Below, piece after piece: positions 12,017-26,900 of a stretch of DNA of 64,000 bases; within the stretch, counting starts at the first letter, position 1; the number at the start of each line of letters is the position of its first letter. This stretch comes from Nemertoderma westbladi (taxonomy: Eukaryota > Animalia > Xenacoelomorpha): contig JAUCBJ010000225.1 in assembly GCA_032718475.1 (NCBI GenBank), positions 1 to 64,000 on the forward strand, written 5' to 3'. The notes beneath the pieces are model-generated. The model saw nothing but the letters and a program-made list of their open reading frames with translations, searched no databases and was not told the DNA's origin. The position numbers and the translations under genes were made by a program.

Positions 12017-14241
12017 TGACTTTATTGCAGTAAGCAATAAAGTTGAAAGTACCGGTCGGCCGGTAAACCTGAACCGGTACTTCTGTAGGTCAGTAGGCCC
12101 AACTGCCAGAACCGGTACTGCTCTAGGTCCGTAGGTCCAACTGCCAGAACCGGCACTTCTGTAAGTCCGTAGGCCCAACTGTCCTAACCGGTACTTCCAG
12201 TATAAGTACATTAGTATTATTCGATTTTGATTATTGTATACCGGTAGGTCTCGATATTAAATCGGGGACGCCTGGTTTTTATTGGGATTTTACTTAGGTC
12301 TATTTCTGTCAGTTTTATTTCCTAGTAAGTTAATATTGAGCTGAAGACGTGTAAGTCTGCTCAGATTGTTCAGATAACTGTAGGCCGGACTGTTGTCGGA
12401 TTGTTGTTGGGTTTGGAGAGATTACGGCGTGTGTAGAGTTTGTCCGATAGAGTGCCAGTTAGTAAGTTGGGGCAGCCATAGCTGTAAGGTCAATCCCCTA
12501 TTAAAGAATAAGTCGTACTACCGTGTTAGAACGCATACTAACTAACCATTTTGGAATCTGCACATACTGTAGTTTATTTAGGCTTGACAGTATTCTGCCA
12601 GCGTTTTGGCCTGTGTTAGTTTGTGTGGTCTGTTCAGGTACCGTAATAGTTATTACTCAGATATTTTGTAGGCTGGATTGTTGTCTAGCTATTATTAGGT
12701 CTGAAGAGATTGCTGCGTGTGTAGAGTTTGTCCGATAGAGTGCCAGTTAGTAAGTTGGGGCAGCCATAGCTGTAAGGTCAATCCCCTCTTAAAGAATAAG
12801 TCGTCCTACCGTGTTAGAACGCATACTAACTAACCATTTTGGAATCTGCACATACAGTAGTTTATTTAGGCTTGGTGGTAGTCTGCCAGCGTTTTGGTTT
12901 ATATTTGTTTGAGTATTCTGTACGGGTAGCGTAATATTTATTATTCAGAGTTTATGCGATTATTCGCAACATTCATGTCCCCAAGTTTATTCCTACAGTA
13001 ATTGTGCTTGTTATACATACTGTTATAGTTAAATTAACCCCGGTACTACACGGGCTGCTTGGCGTAGGAAAAGACTGGTGACTTTGTGCTTCGGTCACTC
13101 CAGCAGATGCCGTGGTTCTTTTAACTGTTCAAGTATATTTAACTACTGATTATTTGTTGTACCAGTACTTGTACCTAATTTAGGGTTTAGTGTACAGTGC
13201 TTTCCGAAAGTAATTAGTGTGTAGTCAGTATATTTGTGTTGTAAAGTGGTTAATAGGCACGCTGGATCTGGTAGTCCGCGGTAATTAACTTCTAGGTAGG
13301 AACACTCCGTGATACATAACGTAGTACCTATAGCGATACGGTTATAGGTCGTCAGGCGGTGGTATTTTCCTATCTGGACAGTGCAATATATTTACTACTA
13401 CTTATTATTTTCAAATACCGTAGTACCCTGTCCGTTGTAACAAACCGAATTCTAACCCTTTGTTAGACTGGTTTGTAGACTTCCTGTAAAATTACCCTAA
13501 AAATTCGTACGTAATATTTTTGTTGTGTTTAATTAGAGAATTAATCTCACCCGTATCGTAAGTAATTTGTAGTATTAAGTAACTTAGGTAAATTAGAATT
13601 ATCAGTTTTAGTGTCCAATAAATAGCACTTCACTGAGAGCGCACAGCTTCTGTGTAATGACTTCCCCCAGAAATAATAACATTTATTTCAAATATTGAAA
13701 AAACCCATTTTAAACGGGTATATAAATATTATAAATCAACTCAAACGATTTATAAATAGTAGGCCTGCCATACAACAACTAGGTCTCAATATCAGTTGGA
13801 CTACTGCTTAAATAACGGTAATAAAGTAAGTTAAAGTAACCAAGTAACCCTAAAATATTCAGAAATTCAATTATTCTAAAATAATTGACATACCGGTATT
13901 TACCATAGGCTTATTATATTTATTTCTATAAATTTGAGCTAAAATCATACCGGTATTCTGTAATTAATTCTAGTTCATAATTATACTTATATATACTATA
14001 AGTGTACGCTGCATACCGGTATTCACGATAGGCCTATTATATATTTATATATATTTGTGCTAAAATTATATACCGGTACTCTGTGACAAACCTAGTTACA
14101 ATACTTATATATACTATAAGTGTATACCGGTATTCTAATATACTGCAATAAATTACCGGTACTAGGCCAACGGTCATACTGAATTACTAGACTTGCTTTA
14201 ACTGTAACTATAGCAGTAAGCATTCAACTGTATAGCTAAAC

Positions 14242-17200
14242 ATGTCTGACACTCAGCAAAACCTGTCAGACAGTCTAATCGATACAACCATCTGTGACAC
14301 AGATAGGAGTGTGGAGCGATTAAGAAAGGAGTTCAGCTCACCTCCTACTGAAAGAAAGGTCATCCCTCCAGTAGTAGTATCAGACCCTAAGCTAATCCAA
14401 CACCGTAGGTCTATCATCGGCACTCGGGCCCAAGTCAAACGGAACCAGGAAGCAGCTGTCCCACAGCAGCAACAGCCTAGTCAAGAAACTTGTTCCCAGC
14501 GATCTGATAGCTCCAGTAGTTCGGATACTGTCGAACTGACCCCCGAACGCAGATTGCAGATGGCGGCTAAAGCCTACTCGGACCCCCTTCTCACCCTTCC
14601 TGCCGCAGTGCTAATTACTATATTGATTGCGGTGGAGGAACATCAAGCCGATTGGGCGAGAAATAAGCGAGCAACCCAAGATAATTATGCGGGATACGCC
14701 AGGGAAGAATTGATGTCTATTGTCGAGTCACAATGGAACTTTCCCGGACCCGGACTCCCGTTAGATCTGTCCGAGGCTACTTGGGAAGATATACACAGGA
14801 TGGGAGTGGCTAAAGATACTATGGATCCAGCTGTTTGGAAGAGGTCGGCAGCAGGATATGTGCAGGGATTCTTCGGCTCCTTAGAGCGATTAGAAGAACA
14901 ACTGTTTCGACAACCCCAAGGACCTCAAGAGCAGGAAGAACTGCTATATCAAGTACGCGAAAGAACCCTACGCATTCGACTAATCCTATCAGCTTTTGAG
15001 GAAACTTCCAAAAGAAGACAGGACACGTCGCTGCAGGTTGCTGTCAAAACTTGGTTCCAGCGGGTAGGTCTCAAAGTACAAGAAACAGACCAGTGGAAAT
15101 CCCAGTTGTCTGAGAGACTAACCTATGACGAACCAACCGATGTCACCCTTCCTCAAGTGGAAGGCGAAGAGACCGCAGAGAGACCACGAACGAGAGACGC
15201 CATCGACATTTATCTGTCCGACTATCAGCGATTCCTAGGAGACGAAGAGTTGAGGAGACGGCTGTCTGGACTTTCCCCTAATAGTGAAGGAACCCAGCGT
15301 GTGTTAGACTCAATCGATGCTGAAATGTTAGCGGCTAACCAAGCTGAGTTTGATGAAAAACTTCGCCTCACTAGAGTCCAAGAAGAACTAGTAAAGAAAA
15401 AACGGATAGAAGACCGAAAGGCAGCTGCAGTAACAGCGGCAATGGCCGAAGTGGAAGCGGAAAGAAAAGCAGCGGCGGCAGAAGCAGAAGTAGAAAGAAA
15501 AGCAGCAGAAGCAGAAAAAAAGGCAGCAAAGGCAGTGGCAGAAGCAGAACGGAGAGCCTCTGAGGAGACTACCCAACTGGAGTTAGAAAATCTGCAAGAG
15601 ATGCAAGACAACATAAATAAACAGTTAACTGCTAGTCGAATGCAGATGATGAGACGATCTACTCCAAAACGCCAGGGATACACGTCATCAGAGGAAAGCG
15701 AAACCACCGATCCTGAAGGCGGCGGAAATAGATCTCGTCTAAGCAGGCGTAGAAAAACATCTCACCGCCACAAATTGCCTGATTTGCCCCCGGCGGTTAG
15801 AAGACAACTAACTAGCACAGACTTAGGTAGTACAGAACCCACAGAACAAATTATTCAGGTCAAAAGACTCCCTACAATAGTTGATGAGCCTGAAATAATT
15901 AGGCTTGTCGTTCCCAAAGCAACTTCTGTGCTAGAGACCCCTGTACTTCCAGAGCTTAACTCTAAATTCCCTTTACATAGTACTACACTGCCTGTACCCG
16001 GTAGAACAGTCCATGAGAATATCCCTGTCCTGGAAGCTGAGAGAGAAATCAAAGATTTGTCTCCCGTCGTCCCACGTCAGCCCGCTACAATGTTGGCGAC
16101 TCCCGCTTCGGCGGTCGAGTGGGTAGAAGAGGGACGGCGGGGGATGAATCTCCTGCTCGGACAGATGCAGGAGACTGTCTACCAACTTAAGGGAACAGTA
16201 AGGGAAGGTAGGGCCGAATTGCAAGAAGTGCAGCAAAGTATCGCGCTAGAACGCGACAAATTAGTCAATATCCAAAAGGGAATACCAATACCCCCTGTAA
16301 AATTGTGTCAACCTGTTAGGTCTGAAGTAGTACATGCGCAAGGTGTGGAGCCTACATGCATCTATACTGCTAGTGAAGTAGAAACTCCTATAGCAAACCC
16401 TATTAAGGGTGATTATAGACCTGTTATTAATGATATCCCTTATAGACCTGACAATGATCCGAGAAATTTATATAACGATAATTCGATATTAAATAACACG
16501 ATGGCACAAGAAAGCTTTACGCGTCAGATGGCTAGAACAGAAGCCCGCCAAGCGGTCAAAGTGGGAGAGATCGTTAAATTCAATGGAGATGAGATGAAAT
16601 GGCTACCTTTCAATGAATATTACAAAGATAGCATACAAAACTCTGTACTATCTAACGGAGAGAAACTTAGGTTCCTCATCAAGTGATTGGAAGGACCTCC
16701 CAGGTTAATGGCGTTAAAGTTTATTGGACATCCAGAAGGATTAAGACAAGTATGGGATACATTAAACATCAGGTATGGTAACAAGGATAACATAGCTAAG
16801 TATTTGTATGCAAAATTAGTAGCCCCCCGACACTTCCTTAGTAGCGGGATTATAGAGTTTTCCGATGAAATTCAGGAGATCTGTAGACAATTGGACTGGT
16901 TAGGTAAGTCTCATGAATATCAGAGTTCCATGGTTATTGGAGCAGTAGTCTCTACTTTACCAAAGGGTGGAGTATGTACACGTTGGGACAAGAAAGTGTT
17001 GTACATGAATGAACAACAACGACGAAACCCTACCATGACTGATCTCATGTCCTTCTTAGATGGTGAAGTAAAACTACAACTCATCAAGCAGTCCAGAGAG
17101 AAAACATCGGAAAATAAGGTAAGTGAGAAACCCGCTTCTAGGAGAAGAGTAACACCGGTGTGTTACACTGACGACGGCGAAAGCCAAGCTTCTCAAGAAG

Positions 17201-20200
17201 AGGACAGCGGGAAAGACATTGAGAGATCTTACTACGTTGGAAAAACCTCAAAAGATGTAAGTAAATACAAGGCTCGAAACAATGATAGGAGAGAACAGGT
17301 TGTCAAGACCCCTCCTCAGTCTCCTAACAGAATGCACCGAAGAAAACCCGAAGAAAAAACGAGAGTGCATCAAGTTACCCAAGGTAAAGTGAGTAACATA
17401 AAACCTAACTGTGCGTTGTGCGACGGGACCCACCGTTTGAGTGCGTGTGCTGAATTTCTAAAGAAATCCCTTGTAGACAGACGTGCAGTCGTATGGGACA
17501 AGCGGTTATGCTATAATTGCCTCAGACCAGGACACCAACGGCGAACCTGTTACTCCGATATAAAGTGTGCAAAGTGTGGCGCGAAACATCACATCTTGTT
17601 ACACAGTGAGTTCGAACGAGACAAACTGAGTCAGGTAAGTGAGCCCGAACTACATGTCCAATTCAGTGATGTAAACGACACTGATCAAGAATCTGAGATG
17701 GAAGGATTCTATACTGACGAATTCTCCGACGCCAACGAATCCTGTTATCTAATCAATACCACAGTGTATCGAGCACTTACTTATGAAAAGGACACCAACG
17801 ATGAGTTTCCCCCAACTACTTTTGCCAAACAACCATCTTGGAAAGCTCCAACTTCCAACGTAGGAATCAGAGAATTTCCTGTAGTGCAGGTAAGAGTTCA
17901 CGGTCTTAACAAAAGTTACATAGTGAACGCCCTCCTTGACTCCGGCAGCACAGGAACATTCATCGATCAAGAACTAGCCGAAGATATCTTTGCTGGACAA
18001 CCCAAGTTCCGGACTAAATTGAATATGTCAGGAATTATGCAGGTTTGGAAATCTACCCTAACGGCAGATTACTATGTAGGTGTGTTGTCCACCCCCCAGG
18101 ATAAGTTAGGAGCACAAGGTATAAGGTCGGTAAAAATGGTGGCTATAAAGAACTTCGCTACTACTCAAGCAGACCTTTATAATTGGGACGAGGATGAGAG
18201 CATCCAACATCTTAAGATACCTCGATTCCAGACAGATTATCCTGGAGTGCAAATACTCATCGGCCAAAACGCGCATGAGGCGCTCGAAACATTGGAGAAA
18301 CGGCCTGCTCAACCACAACCACTGCAAACCTATGCGGTAAGAACTAGAGTAGGTTGGTACTTTACTGGCCCTTCCCGCAGGACTCTCGCAGAGAGAATGC
18401 CACAAGAACAAACATACCAAGTAAACGATTGGGAAGTGGAGAGCAGTGAGGTGGACGAACTAACTGAGGGAATACCATACTCCTCAGATAATGACGACAT
18501 CTACCAACTCTTCGATGAAGAGAACACAATCGACCTACTTACAGAAACCCAAACTTGGAAAAATCAGGTGAACCTATGTCAACTGATTCGCCCATCGGAA
18601 CCCATCGCTTACAATGACGAACTCAACGATGAGATAGAGCGCTACAACGCTAGAACTCGGGACGAACTAGCCGTACGATTCTTTACTCAGGAACTGGTAG
18701 AGCCCAATTCATATGATAAGGCTCTATCGATAGAAGAAGAAAGAGCCAAGCAAATCCAGGAAACAACTACACGTTTTTTAAAGGATCAAGGTAGATATGA
18801 AATCGGCCTACCATTTCGAAAACGAGAACCTAGATTTATAAATAACAGACCCTTGGCAGAGAAAAGAATCGCTCAATTACATCGACGCCTTACAGCTAAT
18901 GCTTCAGCGAAAGAAATGTACCAAATTCAGCTGAAGAAATTTGTAACAAAGGGATACGCGGAGCGAGTACCGGAAGGAACACCAGTGACTGAGAGAACGT
19001 ATTACTTAACACATCATTACGTTCCCAAACCCGGTAAACCACACGAAGTACGAGTCGTATTCGATGGCTCCGCCCTATATATGGGCGGAGACTCAATTCC
19101 GAGTTGTTACCAGGACCCAACTTACTCCAATCTTTGTTGGGAATACTTTTAAGATTAAGACAATATTCCATCGCGTTCGCCTCAGACATAGAGGGAATGT
19201 TCTTACAAGTCAAGGCGCTGGATAGAGATAGAGACAGCCTGAGATTTCTGTGGTGGCCTGAAGGAGACCTCAATCAGAAACCGGTAGAGTACTGGATGAC
19301 CATCCAGGCTTTTGGAATCATATCAAGCCCTTCCAACGCCTGCTCCGTGGTGCGAACCACTGCGAATGACAACCGAGACTCCTTCTCAAAAGAAGTGATA
19401 GACAACATAAAACGCAATATATACATGGACGACAATTTAAGGTCCCTTCCATCAGTAGAAGAAGCCATAGCTGTCGCGAAAGGAATGGTAGATTGTTTGA
19501 AAAGAGGTGGATTTCGACTGACGAAATTCACTAGCAACTCCCGTGAGTTTCTGGAAGCCATACCGGTAGAAGACCGAGGAACGAAAGACCTAGACTTAAT
19601 AAAGGACGATCTTCCTGAAACCAAGACGCTTGGCTTGAAGTGGGACACTGAAAGAGACATCCTGTTTTTTCAGTTAAAACAGCGAGATAATCCAGTTCGG
19701 ACCAAACGGATTTGTTTAAGTATCCTGAGCACTTATTTCGACCCATTGGGATTTATTAGCCCAGTTATATTGATTGCTCGGAGTTTAGTACAACAAATGT
19801 GGCTTGAAAACCACTCATGGGACGATCCGCTTAAGGGTGAACTGTTAAAGAAATGGATGAAATGGGAAGATTCTCTACCTGCCATCGAGAACTTTATAAT
19901 TTCCCGTACCTATTTTGGCCATGTTCTTCCTACGTATTCCTATCAACTCCATGTGTTTGGAGACGCCAGCGACATGGGAATAGGTATAGTAGCATATCTG
20001 CGAGTCGAAACTCCGGATGGGATCAAAGTCGCCTTGGTTACCTCTAAGGCATTGATTAACAACAAGTTAAAGGTTCCTCGAGCGGAGTTAAAGGCAGCTT
20101 TATACGCTACAGCCATCGGACGGAACGTAACAGAACAAATCGACTATCCACTGGAGAAAACTGTTTATTGGACCGACGCTTTACTCGTGTTGGAGTATCT

Positions 20201-22306
20201 AACCAATGAAGTCTGTCAGTTCAGCGTTTTTGTTACTAACAGAGTAGCTATTATTCTTAGTCGCACAAAGATAGATCAATGGAGACATTGCCCTGGTACG
20301 ATTAATCCAGCCGATATCGCCTCCAGGGGAGCAACTCCACAGGAACTGATAGATACTCCAGATTGGTTGGGTGGACCCGACTTCCTGAGCAAGGAAGAGG
20401 ATGAATGGCCTCCTCACCTTACTACGGCAGAGATTAGACAAGCCAAGGGAGCGGAGACAGTCAAACCTAAAACCCGGGCGAGTAAATCGAAGTTATTTAA
20501 ACCGACTATCGATCTATCTGTATTACATGCTTCCGGGAATGATGCTTCGGATCCACAATCCCTCAACACAAAAAAGTCTGTTGTGGAAATTAGAGATAGA
20601 GATTGGAAATCTGGAATACCAGACGTCTCGCAAGGAATCTCACCCAGGCTGCAGAGAGCAATGCATCATTACAGTTCCTGGAATCGGCTCTGTAAAGCCG
20701 TCACATATTTAAGACGATGTTTTCATCATCACACTCTAGGACGAAGACCACTAGTGATAACGCTCCATTGACATCTGCACAAGTTCATGTTATTAAAAAT
20801 TTACCCAAATATAAGACATCTGACCGTTTTCTAAAGGAGAAAATTAGTCACCAGGAGCATGAAGAAACCAATAAGCAGATACTGAGACTCCTGCAATGCT
20901 ATGAGGATTCCGAAAAGTATTTCCTGTTGTTGAGAAATCCGCAGATGCGCTTAAGGGATCGATTCTCGAGCACAATGATAGATGGGTTAATACGTGTTGG
21001 AGGAAGACTCACCAATGCGCCCTTATCCTTTGACACCAAATTCCCCATACTTATTAGAAATCTTGAAGTACAAATCAAGATGATTGTAGATGTTCACAGT
21101 AAACTTTATCATGCTGGTAGAGAACGAATTCTTAGCGAAATTCGAACTCGCTATTATTTTGATAAACCCCGTAGAGCTCTGAACCAAGTTCTTAGGAACT
21201 GCATACCCTGTAGGAAAGCATTCAGTAGGCCTTTAACACAGCGAGAGGCAGAATTACCTAGGGAACGAGTAAGCTTCTATGAACCACCTTTTACTAATAC
21301 TGGTGTAGATTTATTTGGCCCTATTGAAGTATATCGTGCTAGGACTATAGTCAAGAGATGGTGTGTCATCTTCGTGTGCATGACTTGTAGAGCCATCCAT
21401 CTCGATATGGTGAACGATCTATCTACCAACAGCTTCGTCTTAAGTTTACGACGACAGATCGCTCGCTTCGGGACGAGTAATACCATGAGATCGGATAAGG
21501 GAACGAACTTCATTGGTGCCAACAACGAAATACAGGCTTACGTGAAGGACTGGAACCAAAGACAGGTGGACGACCAGCTAAGGATAACAGCGTCTAGCTG
21601 GACCTTCAACGCCGCCGACGCCCCTTGGTGGGGAGGAAGTTGGGAGAGATTAATTCGAAGTGTCAAAACCGCATTTCACTTTATAGTGCCATGCCGCGCG
21701 TATCTCACCGACGAACTTTTGCGGACGTTAATGGAGGAAATCGCTGCCTATCTCAACGAGAGACCGCTTATGCCAGTCTCATCGAGTCCCGATTCCCTGG
21801 AAGCGCTAACACCCGCGCACTTCCTACTGAAGAAACCTGTAGCCATGCTCCCACGATCGGAGATTGCCGACGGAGACGAATACTGCCGTCGAACTAGGCA
21901 ACTTATGCAGTTGCTATCCCGTCGTTTCGCTGACCATTTCGAGAAACATTATCTGCCCACGCTACAACTTCGAACTAAGTGGTTTGCGCAGCAAGAAAAC
22001 GTCAGCGCCGGAGATATGGTGCTTATTGTAGATCCAGACCTCCCACGTAAACGGTGGCAGACAGGTCGTATCATCGAGACCCACATCTCAGATGATGGTT
22101 TAGTACGCTCGGTAGAACTCATCGTCATGCGGCGTAACTTCAAGAAGCCAGGCATAATCTTTGAGATGCAACAACTCAATCGCCCAGTTGGTCGTTTATG
22201 TTTACTGGAAAGAGACAGAGAACTCTCCGGAAACTATGGAAGGCAAGACACTCTTCCCACGACCACCTCCCTAATTCCTCAAACATCTAGGGACTCCCCC
22301 ACGTGA
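14242..22306 (+). pseudogene. gag-pol of element B (Gag, protease, RT, RNase H, integrase), disrupted
   Basis: ORFs 14242-16686, 16687-19152, 19104-20771 and 20717-22306 are joined by a TGA at 16684 (TGC in A and C) and frameshifts near 19088 and 20732. Motifs: triple knuckle, LLDSGS, YMDD, FGDAS..AEL..TDA..NPAD, H..H..CxxC, VDLFGP..SDKGTNF..WERL. Confidence 0.95.
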
Positions 22307-23935
22307 TACGTCTGGAGTGGGTGTATGACTATATTATTTTATCTATTTTGTTATATTTTTATATGCGAACTTTATTATGTACTTTATTATAATCGTTTTT
22401 ATTCAATTTTATTTAGTAGAATGTTATTTTAGTGATTATTTAGTAGATTAGTGCCATATATTAGTGTTTATTACGTACGTAATTACTTATAATATATATT
22501 TAGTGCGACGGCGAGAAAATAATTATTTTTCTCTTTCCTTACTGTCCGTATCATATTATAAATACGTGACTACAGTAAGATGAAATGTCCGTACTTCTTA
22601 AAGTACAATTAAAGCCACTACTATATTCAAGTATTATTGGTAGGCAGAGTATTAGGAATGCAAAGTTCAGATCCTCGTGTCTCGGCTAAACCAAGCTCTG
22701 GGTAGACCTTGGAAACGACTTGCCTCTTCACACTGACATTGCTTCGTGCGATATTGCTCTTCTACCTTATATTAAATAATACATATAGTAGCGTGATGTC
22801 CATATAACAGTAGCGTAAAACGCAAATAAATCTGTTAAACCTTTTGACCATCTGTAATTCTAGTCGATTAAGATATCGCGGCACCCACCGATATACTTGA
22901 AAGACCAATTCTAGAATCAGTGGTTAACATCCCCAGACAAGTTCTGGAATAAATCGGTGCCCATCTTAAATATTAATTTAATATTTATTAAAATCTGTAA
23001 AATTCAGATCCGTTAACAATTCTAGTCGATTAAGATATCGTAGCACTTCCCGATACTCTTAGAAGACAAATTTCATAGAATTAAGGATCCTATGTCCCCA
23101 GACCTGCTCTGGGATCAAATTGTGTCAATTATTAACATCAAATAATAAAATTGACGGGAATAAATTCAAATTCATATTTTAAATGAATTTCATAAATTGT
23201 CATTTTGTACAATTTATAACATTCCCAAAATTCCCTTAATTAATAGATCATGGGAGCGGAGATTCATCCTATTGAGTGTATTAGAGTGCGAGAATCTCCG
23301 ACATATAGTCAATAGCCAATAAAATTAATAAAATCATGTATAAAGAGGATATTGACAATTAAAGAATTACTATTAAATAGCATTCCAGATCTGTATGCAT
23401 GAGAATTACCCTAATTCTACCGCTAGCTTTCCATAATGTCACCATAGCAACACCCACGCTAGAATTAGAAGCAAGTTAAAAGAACAATAGAAAGCTTGTC
23501 ACATTGCATAGCATAGAGAATACATAGCACACTGTTAGTATCCAAGGATACACAGTAATAACGTGACATTCTGGAAGGCACTGACTAACGGACAAATGAC
23601 CTGTATGTGTACAATTGGTGACAGTTGTATGGAATTTGTGCGTTTATAGGTGAATGTTACTGCTAAAGTATGTTTACAGTAGCTAGTCGCAATTGTAAAA
23701 ATAGCCCAACTCTCCTATAGAAAGAACCTAAGTGGATCCAAGCCTTTGGGACGGACAGTGGAGTGACTTGTGCCGGTTATCGTTGTCGTGCTGTTGCTAC
23801 ATGTTGGCGTAAACACCGCGACGACGGTACATCGGCGCTGAGAATCCCACTGTCCGGGGGCAAAGAGAAGTAGGCAGCGACGCCCGCTCGCCTAAATACA
23901 AACTTATTTGATATTAATAAACTCAGATAGCAGAT

Positions 23936-26900
23936 ATGACGGAGTTGATAGAAGATGATCTTGGTATTAGGGAGCGATATATCCTACCTTTACAAGCATT
24001 TGTGGATAGCTTAATACGCGGTGAAGCTGATCCAACCATTACGGAGGACGATGGTCGTTATATCGAACCGCCGATGTCCCAAGAGCAACTTGCGCGTGAA
24101 TTGGACTATCGAAAATTCACCACTCGCTATACGAATCGTAATGGTACGTATATGGACTTCTTAACGACCGGCCATCCTATCGATTTACATGATACGGACG
24201 ATGTAGATACAGAGAGGGAAATGGTTCTATTTAAATATCATACCCAGCGGAGTCGTAACGATAAACCGAGAATAGATCACGAAAATTCTATTCGTAATCG
24301 ACTGGAAAGAGAAAACGTTGAAGAACCGGATAAACGCATCGACTTCAACGAATACCTAGAATTTTTGAGAGAAACCTATCTCAACATCGCTAGTCAGCAG
24401 AACTTAGAGACTCGATATCCTCAAGGTATACATCACGACCCTGTGGTAGAACTCAAACGGCTCTATTTCACTATGATGTATCTTACCGCCGATCGTCCAC
24501 TACCTGTTATCCCGGATAGTTTTGAACAAATGGAAGAATACTGCAAAACTGGAGAACGATCACCCGCGTTTCCTCTACAGGACGTACGTCTTTGATATTA
24601 TTGTGACGAATGCCCTAGACCCAACCAACAAACTGAAAGACATAAACATCCGCGGAGACGTTGCGCTAAACATAGTTTTACGCGTTACACTTACGGGAGT
24701 TTCGAGCGAAACCTGTTCGACATACCACCCACGATCGCTCGTCTTAAACGATCACTGAATAAACCCATGATCAGAGTTCCGGAATACTCGGTCAGGCCTC
24801 CTCATTCCCTAGTGAGACCTCAAACTCTTGATCCTAACAGTATCACTGATCCTCCCGAGCTATATTCCCTGTTCAAAGACTTAGTGTTACCCGAACAATT
24901 AATCGGTGGTACTCCGGTAGTGGGTTCGTTAGACATCTGCCCATCCTACTTAGCCAGATTGGGACGCGGGCAGCTAATATCGCCCTTTGATCCTTACAAT
25001 CGTCCAGGATTAAACCCGATGCAACCTGCCACGGAAGTCGAGGAGAGCGTTATAAGAAACGCTTTAGACGCCATTCGACAGAAAATCGGAAAGGGAACAC
25101 AAGATTGTTTAGAGAAACGTAAATTACAACAACAAGTCCAATCGGTGAAGGAGTTAGCATTGCCACAATTCGATAGAGAAATCCATACCCTCGAGGAAGA
25201 CATCGAGCTTGGACGCACGTATTCTCTACAAGAATTTTTAGATGAACGCTTACAGAGACAAGCAGAAGAAATTCTACTCGAGGAGAAACACACGAAACTG
25301 GAAGAGAGAGAAGACGCCGCTTTAGCCCAACCGGAAGCTCAAATCCTCATGACGGATCTCTACTCTAAAACCGTTCGTCATCCCTCGATGATTCCACATT
25401 TCGGGGACAAGCTCTTCGCGACGATACAACCTCAACCGGTTGATATCAGTACAGGATCGCAAAATCTTATCGCTGACGCCCCTATGTTACAGCGTCCACC
25501 GATCGAGGCCGCTCGTGTTGACGGTATACTTGTTGAACCTCCGGACAATCGAGCGGATCTTGTCCGTCGCATGGTACACGATGTCAACATACGCGCTAGA
25601 CCTTTACAGAACTCGTTTTATGGGATTAAAGACCACCCTTATTACGTTAATCTGACTCAATATTATATGGTAAAACCAGAAGACCCGACGCATAATTTAA
25701 AGTTTCTACCACTAATAAATCCTCTAGACATTGTCGAACTCGAACAATTGCAGAAACATCTGGATCAGTTAGTAAAGGTAAACTCATTTAGAAAACCGTA
25801 TAACATTTCTCGAATCGAGAAAGATATAGAACCTCCTTATAATCTCGATGGATTTATTAAAACTCGATTAGTCCATTGGAATCTAGATGTATTATTTGAA
25901 GAAGAGAAAATACAAAGATATGGAAATGTGGAGACGTATACCACTCGGCATATGAAGTATAGTGATCTCCATGACGCTAACCAATGCGCCACCTTGTGGC
26001 ATCCAGTAGGGATGACCCTAGAGAACGCCACCAAGGAGTGGAATGAAACTCTTAATGTTATTGAGATGTATGGAGTTGTCACCTACGATAATGAAGGTAG
26101 CGTTCCGGTCGGAGAGCTAGGAACTACGCGCATGATCCACATACGCGGATTAGCTGGTTCTACCCACGTGTTTACGCGAGCGTGTTCCGACGTGATTGAT
26201 TATTCTTTTGAAACTCTCACCGAAACACAAAAGAATCTCCGACATGGACAATTCGAACTCGCGCAGCGTTACGTCATTGACACCGAACGCAAACCGGCCA
26301 TGGGCATCGATGGATCGATGTTACCCCAGCCCGTACTCGAAATGTTGTTCAACGAAAGAATCCTTAAAATCGGCTCAGCTGTTTATGGAGATCTCCAAAA
26401 CGACTTTCGGAATATGGAGGACATTCCATACCCTTTCGTTGATACTCAGCTGATTGCTCCCTGGGCAGAAGGTCGAGGTTTCTTCCGCACCATGTATGCT
26501 AATACGTCTAGCAACATTACAAAGGTGCAACGAACTTCCATCGGACATCTTGCCTTTCAGGAATACGGATGGAATTTCAAAGTCGGAAATCCCATTAACT
26601 ATCAACAAGTATACGGAGACCATTATTCTCGATTATACTTTGATGGACCATTGACCGCACCTGGCGCCATGTATAGCTTCATGAGTGTTCCACTCCGTCC
26701 CTCCTTAGCTATATACACGATCTTTGAAAACACCGCACTTGCCGGTTGGCTAGCCGATGTGTGCAGTCGTACTATACGCGCCCATCCATTAATACTTGGG
26801 ACCAAACTCGCTAAGCTAGATGAACATAATAAATTCATCCGTTTCGAATGTTTCCGGCGATTTTTAACCCCGTTCCGCAACGTGGATAGCCAATTTAAAG

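Noticed and set aside
12006-12025. Canonical tRNA primer-binding site
   Set aside because: No TGG at or near the LTR boundary in A, B or C. The B/C motif is a near-palindrome and could be chance alone, but A's unrelated 12-nt pair at the same position argues against that.
16684-20771. Programmed recoding at the breaks in B gag-pol
   Set aside because: A and C have TGC at the stop, A is in frame at the 20732-equivalent site, and BEL gag-pol is normally one ORF; these are mutations or sequencing errors.
23838-23845. Hammerhead ribozyme core in the pre-ORF2 hairpin
   Set aside because: CTGAGGA in C is CTGAGAA in B, and no correctly placed GAAA/stem II was found.
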